Positions 1 through 12,840 are shown, counted from the first letter of the stretch. The stretch: 64,000 bases of DNA from Phaeosaccion multiseriatum (GCA_965112735.1 OZ218964.1:1488001-1552000), one strand, 5' to 3'. Program-made: numbers and translations. The notes: generated by a model from the letters alone, not told the origin.

Positions 1-190
1 TCCAAGACTAAGCACTTTTCGGTCATTATCCCAGAAGGTAGGTAGGGAGGGAGGGATGGAGGGATGGAGGAGAACGGAGGAGGGGTGAGAGGATGGATGT
101 GGTCGTTATTATACCAGCACCCGGCCTTGTTGTAGCCATCCTCGCTCTGAGGCAATCCCTTCCACCACCTGCTGCCCCTGCCCCTGCCGC

Positions 191-244
<54 letters not shown>

Positions 245-1397
245 TCCTCCTCCTGCTCCTCCTCCTCCTCCTGCTCCTCCTCCTCCTCCTGCTCCTCACC
301 CTCCTCCTCACCCTCCTCCTCCTCCTCCTCCTCCTCCTCCTCCTCCTCCTCCTCCTCCTCCTCCTCATATTCAAACCCCCATCCATCATGAATTGCAGGT
401 GGGGGGGAGGGCGTGGCTGCTGCCAAGGCGCTGGCCGCGACGGGCATTCCAGGTGCGTTCTTTCTTCGGGTGACAGAGCACAGAGGACCGAGGACAATAG
501 AGGGGTTAAGGTGGACAGGCTTGGTAGCTGCAACCTATCCGATTCACCGCGGCTGCCGCTGACGCCTGACCACCCGCCCCCCGCCTCCTCTCCCCCTTTC
601 TCCCCTTCCCTTCTCGCCCCCCTCCTTCCCTTCCCTTCCCTTCCTCTCCCTCCTCTCCCAGTGTCTGTGATTCTCGACACTTCCGTGGCCTTTCATATGG
701 CACAGGCCGACATTTGCATTGTGGGGGCCGAGGGGGTGGTGGAGAACGGGGGCATCGTCAATAAGGTGCGTGCGTGCGTGTTATCGCTACGAGAGCTCTC
801 CCTCTCCCTGTCTCGTTTGGTTCAGTGGGGCAGCCCCCCTCTCTCTCACGTTACCTGGTAGCATTTCTAGCATGTGGGGTGGGAGCAGAAAGACACGAGA
901 AAGCCCATCCGAAAGGCACGAGAAAGCCCACCCCCCCTCCTCCAAAGCTTCTGCATGACATGGAGGAGAGAGAGAGCCCTCAGTCCTCCACTCACTCCTC
1001 CTCTTCTGCCCACGTCCTGAGGCTTGCATCCCCCCCCCCCCTCTCCACCCCTCTATGCCCCCACCCCCCGGCCTCTCCCTCCTAACCCTCCTCCCTCTTC
1101 GAACAGATTGGAACTTACCAACTCGCTATCGTGGCCAAGGCGCTATCCAAGCCTTTTTACGTGGCGGCCGAGAGCTACAAGTTCGCTCGCCTCTACCCGC
1201 TGTCGCAGAGAGACCTGCCCTTTAGTCGCAACCCCGGGACTGAGCTGGAGGAGGAGCTGAGCAAGATTGCCAACATCTCGGTGGAGAACCCCGCCGTGGA
1301 CTACACACCAGCGGAGTACATTTCGCTGCTCTTCACGGACCTGGGCGTGCTCACTCCTTCCGCGGTTTCGGATGAGCTCATTCGGCTGTACCAATAG
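1..1397 (+). CDS. EIF2B1: Translation initiation factor eIF-2B subunit alpha, 3' part (5' truncated by window). Exons ~1-37, 399-452, 662-765, 1107-1397
   Basis: Spliced translation [90 protein letters not shown]...[32 protein letters not shown] matches eIF2B-alpha/GCN3 motifs. GT-AG junctions are phase-compatible. Confidence 0.93.
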
Positions 1398-1601
1398 CAC
1401 GAGAGTGCAGTGCCTGGGCCTGGGCCGGCCGTGTTGTACACGTGTTGGTTGTACCTGGGGCAGAGTAGACCCCTCACACGCTATTGAGCAATCACCCCCC
1501 CCCCCCCCCTTGTTGGCATATGGGCAGGGCAGGGCAGGGGCTCGGTCGGCGTCAACTGGCGCGTTCTCGCCACTAGCCCAGCGACAAAAAGTACCGTGTC
1601 A

Positions 1602-1740
1602 AGGGTCGAGGGTCGAGGGTCGAGGGTTGAGCAGCAAAGAATCGGGAGTCAGCCGCCAAAGAATCGGGAGCCGGTTTGTCGGTTGTGTGCGCGAAGAGCG
1701 GCGAGCGGCGAGCGAAGAGCGAAGAGCGAAGAGCCGAAGG
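1602..1740. repeat. Short intergenic tandem repeats (GTCGAGG)n and (GCGAAGA)n, plus a duplicated AAAGAATCGGGAG
   Basis: Directly visible in sequence downstream of eIF2B-alpha. Confidence 0.7.
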
Positions 1741-2397
1741 GCGGTACCGAAGGCCGTAGGGCAACCGTAAGTAGGGCGTTATGAGTTGTTGTGCGGAATT
1801 ACCGCAATGTACGCACTTAATCAGTAAGTAAGTTTGGGGGAAACGGCCCCGTTCCTCTTCCTCTTCGGGCACCGAAGGACCGAAGGCTTCCCTATTCTCC
1901 CTTTCGACCCGATCGGTGTTTCACAGTGATTTTTAGAGCGGTTTCCAAACTGCTGAGGGGGTTTGGCTTGGCCCGTCAGACCCGTGAAACGAATCTTGAA
2001 CATCGAATCCGTAGCAGAACAGGGGTACAAACCAACAAAATTCGGAAGACATGAAATGAGTTTCAGCTATAGTCTTGTCACCGCCCTTTTTTGGGAAATG
2101 GATGCCCTGTTGGTGGAGTAGATCTGAGGCCCTCCTCTGCTGGAGAGAGCCAACATCCAAGGAGAGTAGTTGGGACTTGACGGGTAAGAGTGCATCAGTT
2201 GCAAAGGGTCGGCGAAATTGAAGACGCAGTGGCGCAGAAGGCCTGATCTTGCTTGTTTGGCATTGCGGCATTGGTGCGGCCGAAACGACCAGGGTGTCTC
2301 TCTTCTCAAAAGCAACTGCCTCTGGCGCAAACGATTGCGGAGGGAGGCAAGTGGCGATTGCCGCAGCAGGAGGGGTGGTGAGAGACTCTCCCCCTCC

Positions 2398-3615
2398 ATG
2401 GAGAAGGCTGAGGAGGAGGGTGGGGGGGCAGCGGCGCGACGAAAGGCTTTTCGCTCTAGGATGTTTTTGTCGCTGAGCAACCCACCACCTGGAGGTGGTA
2501 GCAGCGAGGCTGGCACTGAATGCCTCTCCAGCAGTACCACCAGTAATAGCAGCCCCTGGTGGGGCGGTAGCACCAGCACTGGTGGTGGTAGCGGCTTCTA
2601 CGAGTATAGTAACTTGGATACAACGGCCGACTCTTGTCTCAGTGCAAGCCGTTTATCGTCCTCGGGTCGAAGTCTCGACAGCCCGGGGCGTACCACCGTC
2701 GATACGGTCGACGAGGAGGAAGACAGAACTGCCTTTCGCAGTCTGGATAGACATCCGCGAGCAGCAGACAGCCGGCGAAGAAGACGACCCCGTGCTGGAG
2801 ACAGCGGGAGGGGATGTGGCGCAATGGAGGGCAACGAGGAGGAAGTGGAGGCAAGAGGATGGCTTGTGGAGAAGCGGAAGATGATGATAATGAGGGAAAC
2901 GGGGGAGGAGGATGGCGGCTCGGATTCGTCCGAGTCGGACGACGACGGGAAGGAGGAGACGGATGATGACGGCGGGGGAGACAAGAAGGGGCCCTGCCTC
3001 GTCGACTCACCATGCACCCCTCCACCACTTCCACCCAACTTTCGGCAATATTCGGCAACGCCGCCGCCGCGGCTGGGGTGCCCGGCGGAAGATCCACCGG
3101 GCGGCATCACGAACTACGTGCGAAGGAGAGTGTCAGCAACCCCCCCGCCTCGCATGGGGATACCGTGTCCCGCCTTGGACCTGGGCCTGGTCGAAAAGAC
3201 TCAACAGCCCTTGGGTGGACCACAGGAGCCGCGTCTGGGGGTCCCGGGTGGGCGGCGCTGGCACAGCACGAGCTCAATCTTGATGAGGAGCGGCGCGGAT
3301 GGGAAGCAGCCCACCTTCTGGAAGGAGGAGAGCGAGGGGGAGCTCGAGAGCGAGGATGAGGCTGGCATGGAGGGACACAAGCAGGGGCAGGGGCAGGGGC
3401 AAGGGCAAGGGCAGCAGCAGCAGCAGCAGCCCTTCTTTCCCTTCCAGGGCGGAGGCATCCGGAACAGCGGTCCTCCTTCGGCCTCCAGCAGTCCCGCCTC
3501 GTCGTCCTTTTCACTACCGGGTGCCCCCCCGATCCAGAGAAGCCACACGGCTCCCTTTGCTGCGGCGCAGCCATCACCGCTCAGAGACTCGTTCTTCATG
3601 GACTCCACACCGTAG
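2398..3615 (+). CDS. Hypothetical intrinsically disordered protein (start uncertain; open frame extends back to 2218)
   Basis: Uninterrupted >400-codon ORF with coding-like composition, repeated SATPPPR motif and an RSHTAP motif. No recognisable domain. Confidence 0.5.
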   Translation: MEKAEEEGGGAAARRKAFRSRMFLSLSNPPPGGGSSEAGTECLSSSTTSNSSPWWGGSTSTGGGSGFYEYSNLDTTADSCLSASRLSSSGRSLDSPGRTTVDTVDEEEDRTAFRSLDRHPRAADSRRRRRPRAGDSGRGCGAMEGNEEEVEARGWLVEKRKMMIMRETGEEDGGSDSSESDDDGKEETDDDGGGDKKGPCLVDSPCTPPPLPPNFRQYSATPPPRLGCPAEDPPGGITNYVRRRVSATPPPRMGIPCPALDLGLVEKTQQPLGGPQEPRLGVPGGRRWHSTSSILMRSGADGKQPTFWKEESEGELESEDEAGMEGHKQGQGQGQGQGQQQQQQPFFPFQGGGIRNSGPPSASSSPASSSFSLPGAPPIQRSHTAPFAAAQPSPLRDSFFMDSTP

Positions 3616-4271
3616 ACGAGGCGCTCGCATCCATATACATTATAGAGTTAACACAGCAGGCCCCTCTACCGAGGAGGTCCGTGACGTGTGACTAGTCCGA
3701 CGAGGCAAGTACACACGCAACGGCGGGGAGGGAGGGAAGGGGGGAGGGAGGAAGGTACACAGCCCCAAGAGAGGCATGCTTATTCGTTTCACCACACCAG
3801 CAGCATCACCGCAACTAGTCAAAGCACGCCGCAAAAGGAAGCGCAGCAGCAGCCGGCAAGTGAGATCCATCGTCACACTGGCGGCATGGCAGCAGTCTCC
3901 AGAGTGAGACTAATGGGGCAGCAGTCTGTCTCATTCTTTTCTTGTGTACGGTATCGTACGCGTCGTTCCATTTTTATTTATTTTTTTGTGTGTGCGTGTG
4001 TGTGTTTACGTACTTTGTTTGTTCGAAGTACCTTTATGGGAGACTCGTTATAGTCTCTCGTCATATCTTTATTCAAGTTACTGTCGTGTGAGGGCTTTCC
4101 TGGTGTGTGTGTGTGTGTGTGTGTGCATGTTTTGGCGGGGGGGGCGACACGAAAGCCCACAATATATCTTCTTTCTTCTTAGCATTATGTTATGCTAAAA
4201 ATATATAATTAAATATTATATAATGTACATGACAAAGGCTGAAATGGCCGTGTATGCATGGCATACATCTT

Positions 4272-7200
4272 TCAACGGCACTGGTGATGGTGAGTTGTGG
4301 CCGTCTCAAACCCCCATAGCTCTAGATTGACACACTCGAAGGACGACGAACACGCCAGGCACTCGCTGTTGAAGGTCTCGCACGGTCCGCTGCTGCCGTG
4401 CTGGAGAGTGTCCCCCAGCCACCAGCCGAAGGACCCTCCTCCCCCCATCCCGATGCCTCGAGCATCGACCACCATGAAGCAATCGTTCGCCCTGCTCCAC
4501 TCATACACCTTCATCTGAAAGCCCCCCGTCTCCGGCGATCCTCCTCCTCCTCCTCCTCCTCCTCCTCCTCCTCCTCCCCCTTCTGCTGCTGCTGCTGTAA
4601 CAGAGCCGTATCGAGCTGTACTTCCTTCGTCCGTCCTCCTCTGCTGAGCAGAAGAAGGAGGAGGAGGAGGCGCCTCCGTCTCCGCCTCATCAAAGGCATA
4701 CAGGAAGGACTCTCCATTTCCCACGTACTTGTCAAATCCCGTATGGCGCCATTGACTCCCCGCCGCAAAGCCTCCAAACCGCTTCCCGCCTCCGTCCACC
4801 ATCACCACAAGGGTAGGCTCGTAGCCCTTGGCACGATGCAACAACGTTTCCAAGCTCGCTCCGTGCTTTTCAATGCTGAACAGCAGCGTCCAGTCGCTCG
4901 TAGTGAGAGAGACGGGAAGACGTGCCGCCAGTGCCCGCACCTTGGACGGCGAGAGGATGGCTGAGGGACAGTCCAGCCTCGCCACAAACAGGCCCTCGCG
5001 CGTCACCACACAGCCCCGCCCTCGCCCCTGCTGCTGCTCCTGCTTCTCCTCCTCCTGCTGATGCTCCTGCTGGTGCTCACCACCATCCCTCCCTGTGCCC
5101 TTCTCCTCTTTCGCTCCGACCGACTCTCTCCACAGGCTTCTCTCCAACCACGGAACTCCTATGCCCATGCCGCTGCCCCCGTCAAAAGCACCCCCTGCAC
5201 TGCCCTTCTCCCGATGGCGACCAGGCAAGCCTTCCTTGCTCTCTTCATGCCCCGCCCCCAGTGTAAACGACTCTCTCCCATCTCCTCCTCCTCTGCTCCT
5301 TCCTGCTACTACTGCAGCATCCTCATAGTCGTCTGCTGGCGCTTCCCTCCAATCCGAGCTCACACCAAGTCCTACGCCCAACTCTTGCTCCAACTCCGAC
5401 AAAAACACATCCCCTCCCAGCAGGTCTTCATCCTCAAGGTCTATCTGCACCCCGGAGCCTTGCCGTACCCTCCCCTCGCCAGGAGTCACGCCTGATAGAG
5501 CTCCGACCTCCACTATACCACCAACGCCTCCACCAGCACCGACAAACGCATCCCCAGCAGCAGCAGCAGTGGCAGTGGCGATGCTCTCGCAGGCTGCCCA
5601 TATGCCGTCCAAATTCACGGGCGACTGCTGAAGCACCAGCAGCATAAGTCGTCGCGTCTCCACAAGGCACTCTGTGTAAGTCTGTCGACCTCCTCCTCCT
5701 CCTCCTCCTCCTCCTCCTCCTGCTCCAAAGAACCCTAACCCATCCACCACCCCTCCTCCTGCTGCACCGGAGTGGTTGCGGAGAGATCCAGCACTGCTGT
5801 AGGAGCTACCGCTGGAGTTGCTGCTGGAGATGCTGCTGGAGATGCTGCCGCTGATGGGCCTCCCTAACGCATGGCTCGTCCTCCTTCTACCAGGCTGTTG
5901 CTGCTCTCGTCTGGCGCTGATGAGCCTGCCCATGATCAGTACAGCCGCAACGAAGAGCTCTTGCACCGCGCTTCGCTCGTCCAGTAACCGCCAAAAGGGC
6001 AGTGGTGAGAGTCGGGCAGCAATGGCGTCTGCAGACTCCACCTTACTCCTGCTACCGGTGCTTCGAACGCCACCACCACCACCACCACCACCACCACCAC
6101 CACCACCACCACCACTCTTTGAGGAGGAGGAGTAGTTGGTAGCACCGGAAGCGGAAAACCCCGCCACGCGCCCTTCTGCCTCCTCTCCGCCGCCGCCGTC
6201 CCGAGGAGGAGGCACCAGAGCGAGCAAATCCGTAAGCATGACTGCAAGATGAGCTGCCATCTCGAGAAAGGTAACGCCCCCTCCTCGTCCGTGCGACTCA
6301 TGTCCACCACTCCCGCAGCTGAAGGCACTCTCCACAGACTGCTGCTCTTCCTTCAGTCGCATCGCCGTTGCCACCACCTCCTGAGTCGACGTGACGGGGT
6401 ATGTGCAGAGGAAGTAATTGACACAGTCCAAGGCGAGGACACTGCCCACCCCCCGCAGCTCGCTGGACGCATCTGTATGCACCGCCAAGCCGCAAGTCAC
6501 CCAGCGAGGGGAGGAGAAGGAGAAAGGCTCGCGAACATGACCAGAAGCACCCCCCCCTCCTCCTCCGCCTCGTCCTCCTCCTCCTCCTCCTGCTGCTCCT
6601 CCTCCTCCTCCTGCTGCTGCTGCTGCTCCTCCTCCTCCTCCTCCTCCTCCTCCTCCTCTTCCTCCTCCTCCTCCTCCTCGCCGCGATTGGGAATCCGCTC
6701 CTGACGATGGCACTTGTACTTGCTGCACCGTAAGGTTCACCATCACATCCTCCTCTTGGTCAAGGGTGTCACCCTCAACAAGGGTAGTGGACTCTTCCAA
6801 GGCAACGCCACCACCATCATCACCACCACCAGCGGTGGCAGCAGCCGCTGCTGCAGCGGTTGGTGATACAGCAGCGGGAGCTGACTCGTCGCTCACCCTA
6901 CTTGTCTTGCAGCCAAGGGCTCCGTCACCTTCTTTTCCGTCATCGGCCAGACTCACATCAATGAGCGAAATGTCCACATCATCTATCACCATCACCTTTT
7001 CTCTGTCACTCTCATCACCACTCCTCCCTCCTCTTCCTGCAGCAGCCGTGCCCGGCTCTTGCTGCTCTTCCTGTACTACCAACTCCTGCGTCTGCGGCTG
7101 CCCCGCCCCCTCCTTGCTCTCCACCTCTTTCGTGATGCCCTCTTTGTCTTGTTCAGAAAGCTCAAGTGGCGCAAACGCCGCTGCTGTGGCTGCACTCTCC

Positions 7201-8553
7201 CCTTCCGCTGCCTGTGTTGCCTCCCCAGGCAACGCGGATGCTCGCCCTCTCTCCCCATCATCTCCCTCTCCTCGGTCATCTACTGCCACCGATGCCGCTC
7301 GTGTTGCCGCCTCCACCTCGTCTGCATCGCCGATGGTGAATTGCCCATGGGCGCGGTTGCCACCCCCTCCTCCTCCTCCTCCTCCTCCTCCTCCTCCTTC
7401 CCCTGCGGAGAGCGTGGCCTCGATACCAGCCAACATGTGCTCTAGCTCAACGACATCAGCATCAAAATCGTCTCCTTCGACAAGCGTGGACGAAGGCATG
7501 CCTTCTACTGGCGGACTGCTCGCCTTTCTTCCCTCTTCTCCTCCTCCTCCTCCTCCTCCCCCTCCTCCTCCTTGTCCTGCCGCTACTGACGCCGCTGCTC
7601 CAACGCTGCCATTTCCCCCAGTGCCTTGCCCTCCTCGAGTCCCCCCCTTCACCCCCGGAGCACCAACACCTCCACTCCCCTCATCACCGTCGTCGCCATC
7701 ATCATCATGGGCCAAACCGCACTCCACCCACTCCAAAGGCCGGCCACCGTCATCATCGGCTTTCCTGCCCCCTCCGAGAGCGGCCTCTGCCTCTGTAAGC
7801 CTCCTCCAGATGGAAGCTGCAAGGCCCAAGTGCACCGGATCCCGTAGATACACTTTGCGCTGCAGCATGTTCTGCACTTGCTGAAGACGCCGTAGTTTCA
7901 GCCGCAGACACCGCTTCCTCCCCGCTTGTGCCTCTCTCAGGGGGGCGAGAAGGAAAGCCTGATCTTCGCTGCTTAGAAGCGTCTCCACCACGTTCACACA
8001 GGCCTCCGCCTCCTCCCTGTCGTCGTCCTCTTCCCTGCCATGCATATGCATCCCACCACCGCCGGAGTCTTCTCCACAGCCTGGGTCTTTGCTACTGCTC
8101 ACACCTCTCCTTCTTCTCTCTGTCAGTAGCGTATCCATGGAGCCTCCTGCCGGTGCGCCAGCAAGGCGCGGACCTCCGCCGAAAGCGCTTACCTCTTGGC
8201 CACTTGCCCTCCCCGCCACTGTTGACACCTTTCCGTTCTTAGCGTACCGCTGCTGCTGCTGCTGCTTCCTCAGTAGCGCAGGGGCGAGGACAAGCGCCAA
8301 GGTATGTGGCGTGTGTTGGTTGAGGCATGCGTGTCGATGCTTGAGCAGAAGCTGCAGATAGTCACATAGAGCCAGCAGGAGAGACTTGCTCGCCCACGGA
8401 AGGTCCTCGAGCAACATGCGCATGTTCCGCAGGCGGACTCTGTGAAGTTGGCGTCTCTCTTCTACGCTCATACCCATCTCTACGCCCTCCTTCTCCAGCC
8501 CTCCACCCCCCCCCCCTCCTCTTCCTCCCCCCCCCCCCTCCTCCTCCTCCTCC

Positions 8554-8588
<35 letters not shown>

Positions 8589-8664
8589 CCTCTCCTCCGG
8601 CAGACGCTACTGCAGTAACTCCAGTGCTCGCCAGTAGATTATTCTCGACCTCACCACTGGATTC

Positions 8665-8706
<42 letters not shown>

Positions 8707-11700
8707 CTGCCTCTGCCCATGCTCATGCCCATTCCTATGCCGTCGGAGTCGATCGCTCCAGTCATTCCGCCCCAAGTGAGTCTCCACGAGTCGCCCGCAC
8801 TCGAGGAAGGCGTCGAAGCTGTCGTAGGGAATCAGAGGAGAGGGGAGCTTATGCAAGAAGAACACCAAAGCTGCCGCACACGCACGAGCGTGCTTCTCCG
8901 CGCCTACGAGTAAGGGGGGTGAAGAGTGAAGAGTGGGGAGGCATTCATATCAGTCCAACAGCAGGAGGGACGACAAGGGGGTAATCCTTCTGTCTCCGCC
9001 TTCCGTAGTTGTAGGCGCGTGTCGCCTCTTGTTTCCCTCGTTCTTTGTTCCACTGTATACGACCGATTCATTCCCTTCCGGCAGTAGGTGGTTGCTTCAC
9101 TGTCATGCTTTCGTGCCCACACATTGTCAACCGTATACCTCTAACACTACACCCTACCTTCGGGTAGGCAATTGCTTGCGTCAAGGGACTTGATAACTGC
9201 CACCAGGTCTCGCGGCTCCACCGCCGATGTAAAGAGCCCGGAGGTGTTAAGCGCAGACGATTCGGACAGACCCGAGAGCAAGCTGCTCACTGCGTCGGGC
9301 ACTGCCAGAGCGGGGTCCAGCACGCCCTGGTGCGGTGGGTGTGGTTGGGTGTGTTGTGGTGGTGTGGTTGGGTATGTTGTGGTCGGTGGGTGTGGTTGGG
9401 TGTGTTGTGGTGGTGTGGTTGGGTATGTTGTGGTGGGTGTGGTTGGGTGTGTTGTGGTGGGTGTGGTTGGGTGTGGTGTGGTGGGTGTGGTTGGGTGTGG
9501 TGTGGTGGGTGTGGTTGGGTGTGTTGTGGTGGGTATGGTTGGGTGTGTGTGGTTGGATGGGTGTAGTGGGTGCGGTTTGATGCATTGGAATGGGTGTAAT
9601 ATGTTGATGACGGACACACGAAAGCAAGAGGTGGAAGCAGAGCGGCGGTAGAGAGGCAGGAGGGCGGGGGGGGGGGGGGAGGAAGGGAAGGGAGGGGAGG
9701 GACGGAAGAGAGGGAAGAGAGAGGAGGGGGAAGAGGGAGGTAGAAGCCTGAGCAATCCAGTCTGGCGGGCATAAAGTATAACTGCCTGCCGGTTGTCGTT
9801 CACTACGCTACTCTATCCCACACACTCCACAGGACTATCCACGGACCTTTGCGCAGCGAAAGGGAGACAAGATGAGGTCCTCTAGCGCAATACCGAACAC
9901 ACGCTTGTCAATCGCCGCCGCTGCTGCTGAGGACCGTATCCCCCCTCCCTTCCTGCCCTCGCGCCGTAGCCGCTTCCGGAGATTGGCGAACCTTCCTCCC
10001 TCTCTGTGCTCCTGCTGCTCCCCAACCCCCCCCTGGTCCTGCCGCTGGTGGTGCTGCTGCTGCGGTGGCTCCTGCTGCTGGGGCTGGGTGATGATCGGCC
10101 CGCGCCCAAAGCTGGCGCTCCTCCCTCTCTCGGCGGCTGCTCTGGCACCGGGGTACCCGTTTGTGCTTCGGTTTGAAGACCCTCTCTCGGATACGCTAAT
10201 GCTCCATCCCTGCTGCTGCTGTTGCTGTTGCTGCTGCTGTTGCTGCCGCTGCCGTTGCTGCTGCTGGTGGTACTGCTGCTGGAAAGAAGAAGGTCTGGCC
10301 ATGTGCACGTCCCCGCTGCTGCCTGCCCCCCTACCTCCACCGAGGGTGACGTATCCTTCTTGTCCGTCGTCGTCGTCGTCGTCAGGCCCGTCTTCAAAGA
10401 ACTCTGAGAGAGGAGAGAGAGAGAGAGGACAAAGCGGTGGTCGTATCAGGAGAGGAGGGGGGGAGAGAGGACGACAAGGCAGCGATATACAGTGCCAATC
10501 AGTTAATTACCACATCATTCCGTCCAACGGTACCTACCGTCTATTCAATCAGAGTCAATCAGTCCATCAGTCCATCAAACGCCAAACACGTACCGTCCAA
10601 CGCTCCGTCTAGCTTCTTGGCCATATGATCGAGCCTGTCGTTAACTGTCTCCACCACCTGGTCAAGCTTGGCGAGCCGCTCGTCCGTCAGGAACTCATCT
10701 CCCTTCTGTGCAATCTCCGCCACCACCTCGTCGAAGAATCCGCCACCCCCGCCTCCTCCTCCTCCTCCTCCTCCTCCTCCTCCTCCTCCTCCTCCTCCTC
10801 CTCCTCCTCCACCACCACTTCCTCCTCCTCCTCCACCTCCTCCTCCTCCTCCTCCTCCTCCTCCTCCTCCTCCTCCTCCTCCCCCTCCTCCCCCTCCTCT
10901 TAACGCCACACTGCTGTCATTTGATGGCTGCCGATGTCGTTGCTGTTGGTGTTGCTGTTCTTGGTGCCTTTGGTACTCCTCCTGCCTCAGGAGACGCCTT
11001 CGCTGCTGTTGCTGCTGCCGCTGTCCTTGCTGCCCCGGCTCGTAGAAACGCTGGCCCTCTTGCTCCCTCTGCTGCTGCCGGTGCAGCTGAAACTCTTCGT
11101 CTTCCATCTTGAGTAAGGGCCACCCTAGATCCACACAGAGAGGCAAAAGAGATTGATGGTGTGTCACCGACCGCAGCACAGCAAGTGGGGAACAAAGGTG
11201 TAAGGGGGCATTGGGATGGAACGGGACTCCACTGCGAGTGACTAAGAGGTATGCACATAACGCATCAAAACATCTCTCTGATCTGGGCAGCAACGCTTCC
11301 GCGCCTCCTCAACCTATGCTGCTCTCCCTCCCTCTCTCCCTCATGCACTCACTCACCCACCCACCCACTATCTCAGACCCTCCCTCGCTCCCTCCTCTCC
11401 CTCCTCTCCCTCCTATTTCGCCCCTCCTCGTTCATACGTACGAGTTAGATTACTCCCTCCCTCCCTCCCTCTCTCTCTCCCTCCCTCACTCACTCACTCA
11501 CTTGGTTCTTTGTTCAAAGCGGCGTCGTCCACCTGCAGCCTGAAGTCAAAGTTCTCCAGCGCCGCGCAGAGAGAGAGGAGGATGGTGGAGCCCTCGCCGC
11601 AGCGCAGCAGTGCGGCCGGTTCGTAGAAGGTCTCCAACAGACGGGGCTGGGCCACAACGGCCCCTACAGCGGCTTCTAGGCACTTGGTCATTAAGCATTG

Positions 11701-12529
11701 CCGGATCCAGCCACGGGCTTTGCCTGCGAGGTAGGAGTAACACACACGTCATATTGGGTGTAAGCAGGGCGCTTTGGCGACGCATGGAGGGGAGGTAGAT
11801 TGGCCGCAGACTCCAAGCCTCTGTTACTGCTACCACTGTGCTCTGCTGCCTGTTCCCCAACTTCCCTCCACCGTTTGGGAAGCACATACCCTACCTACAG
11901 GAGTCTTCAAGGTGTCAATGCAGGATACGGCTCCCACCGTGTTCCGGATAGCCTCGCGCCGCAAACGGTCCGTCTGCTCGTTGCTGTGACCTAAGAAAGG
12001 CGTGGAAGAGGGAGGGGGAAAACGTTGAGTGAGTAAACACAGAGATCCGGGCTAGTATACTGCCTCGACGACACAGCAACGTGAAGGACACCCTCCCCCC
12101 CCCCCCCACACACACACCTGTCGACGAAGGCTGAAGGCGCTCAATCCTTTCCAGTTGAGCCCAGAAGGGCAGCAATCCTTTAAACTCCCTGCGGCGGATG
12201 TGGTGGAAGAGACACTGCTCCAAGGAGTCAAGCAACTGGAGCGTCTGCGCCGTGCTCTCACTCAGTACGACTCCGGTGGCAAGGGCACTTGAAGTACTTC
12301 CAGCGGCCGTGCTTAGCTGTGCGTGCACCCGAACGAGCTCCTGTACGTTGATTTTGAGGGTTCCTACGACCCTTGCCCGGCCATTTGCCTCCACCTTACG
12401 CTGCTCGCGCTGGTGCTGCCCCACTGCTTGGCTTGAAGCGGCGTTGGCCTCCGCGTTTCTTGATTCGGCATTGCCGCCAGCCCTCCCAGAGTCGAAGAGC
12501 ACGGAGGCAAACTCGTCGAAGAAGCTCAT
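4272..12529 (-). CDS. Large multidomain protein RUN - RhoGAP - ELMO/CED-12-like - TLDc (~2200 aa). Exons ~12529-12118, 11990-11898, 11723-11502, 11124-10595, 10403-9847, 9326-9158, 8903-4272; one apparent +1 frameshift in the C12 run at 8527-8538
   Basis: RUN: LEQCLFHH...FW..LE, GKARGWIRQCL, LETFYEPAALL. RhoGAP: VFGIALEDL, GLF, FFLHKLPSPLIPY, TLALVLAPALLR. ELMO-like: WVTCGL..SELRGVGSVLALDCVNYF, QELFVAAV. TLDc: LLFSIEKHGASLETL, RFGGFA, GNGESFLY, GSSGPCETFNS, LELWGF. The RUN exon donor (11501) splices in phase to the acceptor at 11125, giving NKEP-R-WPLLKMEDEE. Confidence 0.8.
9330..9590. repeat. Intronic ~24-bp GT-rich minisatellite (GGTGGGTGTGGTTGGGTGTGTTGT-like units)
   Basis: About 10 degenerate tandem units visible within an intron of the RUN-RhoGAP gene. 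Confidence 0.85.
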
Positions 12530-12840
12530 TCTCGTCTACCTACCGAACCTCCCCACCTTGTGGCCCATTGTTTAAATATATATCCCCCGGTCTATATCAG
12601 CTGTACACCTTTAAGTGCCATCTATGGTTGTCTAAAAGTAATTTGTTGCTTCTTGCTTCCCGGATTCAAATCCAGTGTCACAGATGGCGAAGTTTTTTTT
12701 TCTTTTTCTTTTTTTTCTTTCCTCCTTCCGGCTTTTGCGAATACACTTTGATTCATTTACGCTCAGGGTATACGGCAGCGCTGCACTGTTCTCACCCCCT
12801 CATCCTTAACCCTTCACCTTTACAGCTGGGCTCATGAGGC

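Noticed and set aside
93-473. Pro/Ala-rich and Glu/Gln-rich ORFs on both strands
   Set aside because: They lie in intron 1 of eIF2B-alpha and are translations of (CTG)n/(CCT)n microsatellites. The same applies to most short ORFs in the track.
9330-9590. Regular tandem repeats as a possible CRISPR array
   Set aside because: No unique spacers and no cas genes; it is a eukaryotic intronic minisatellite
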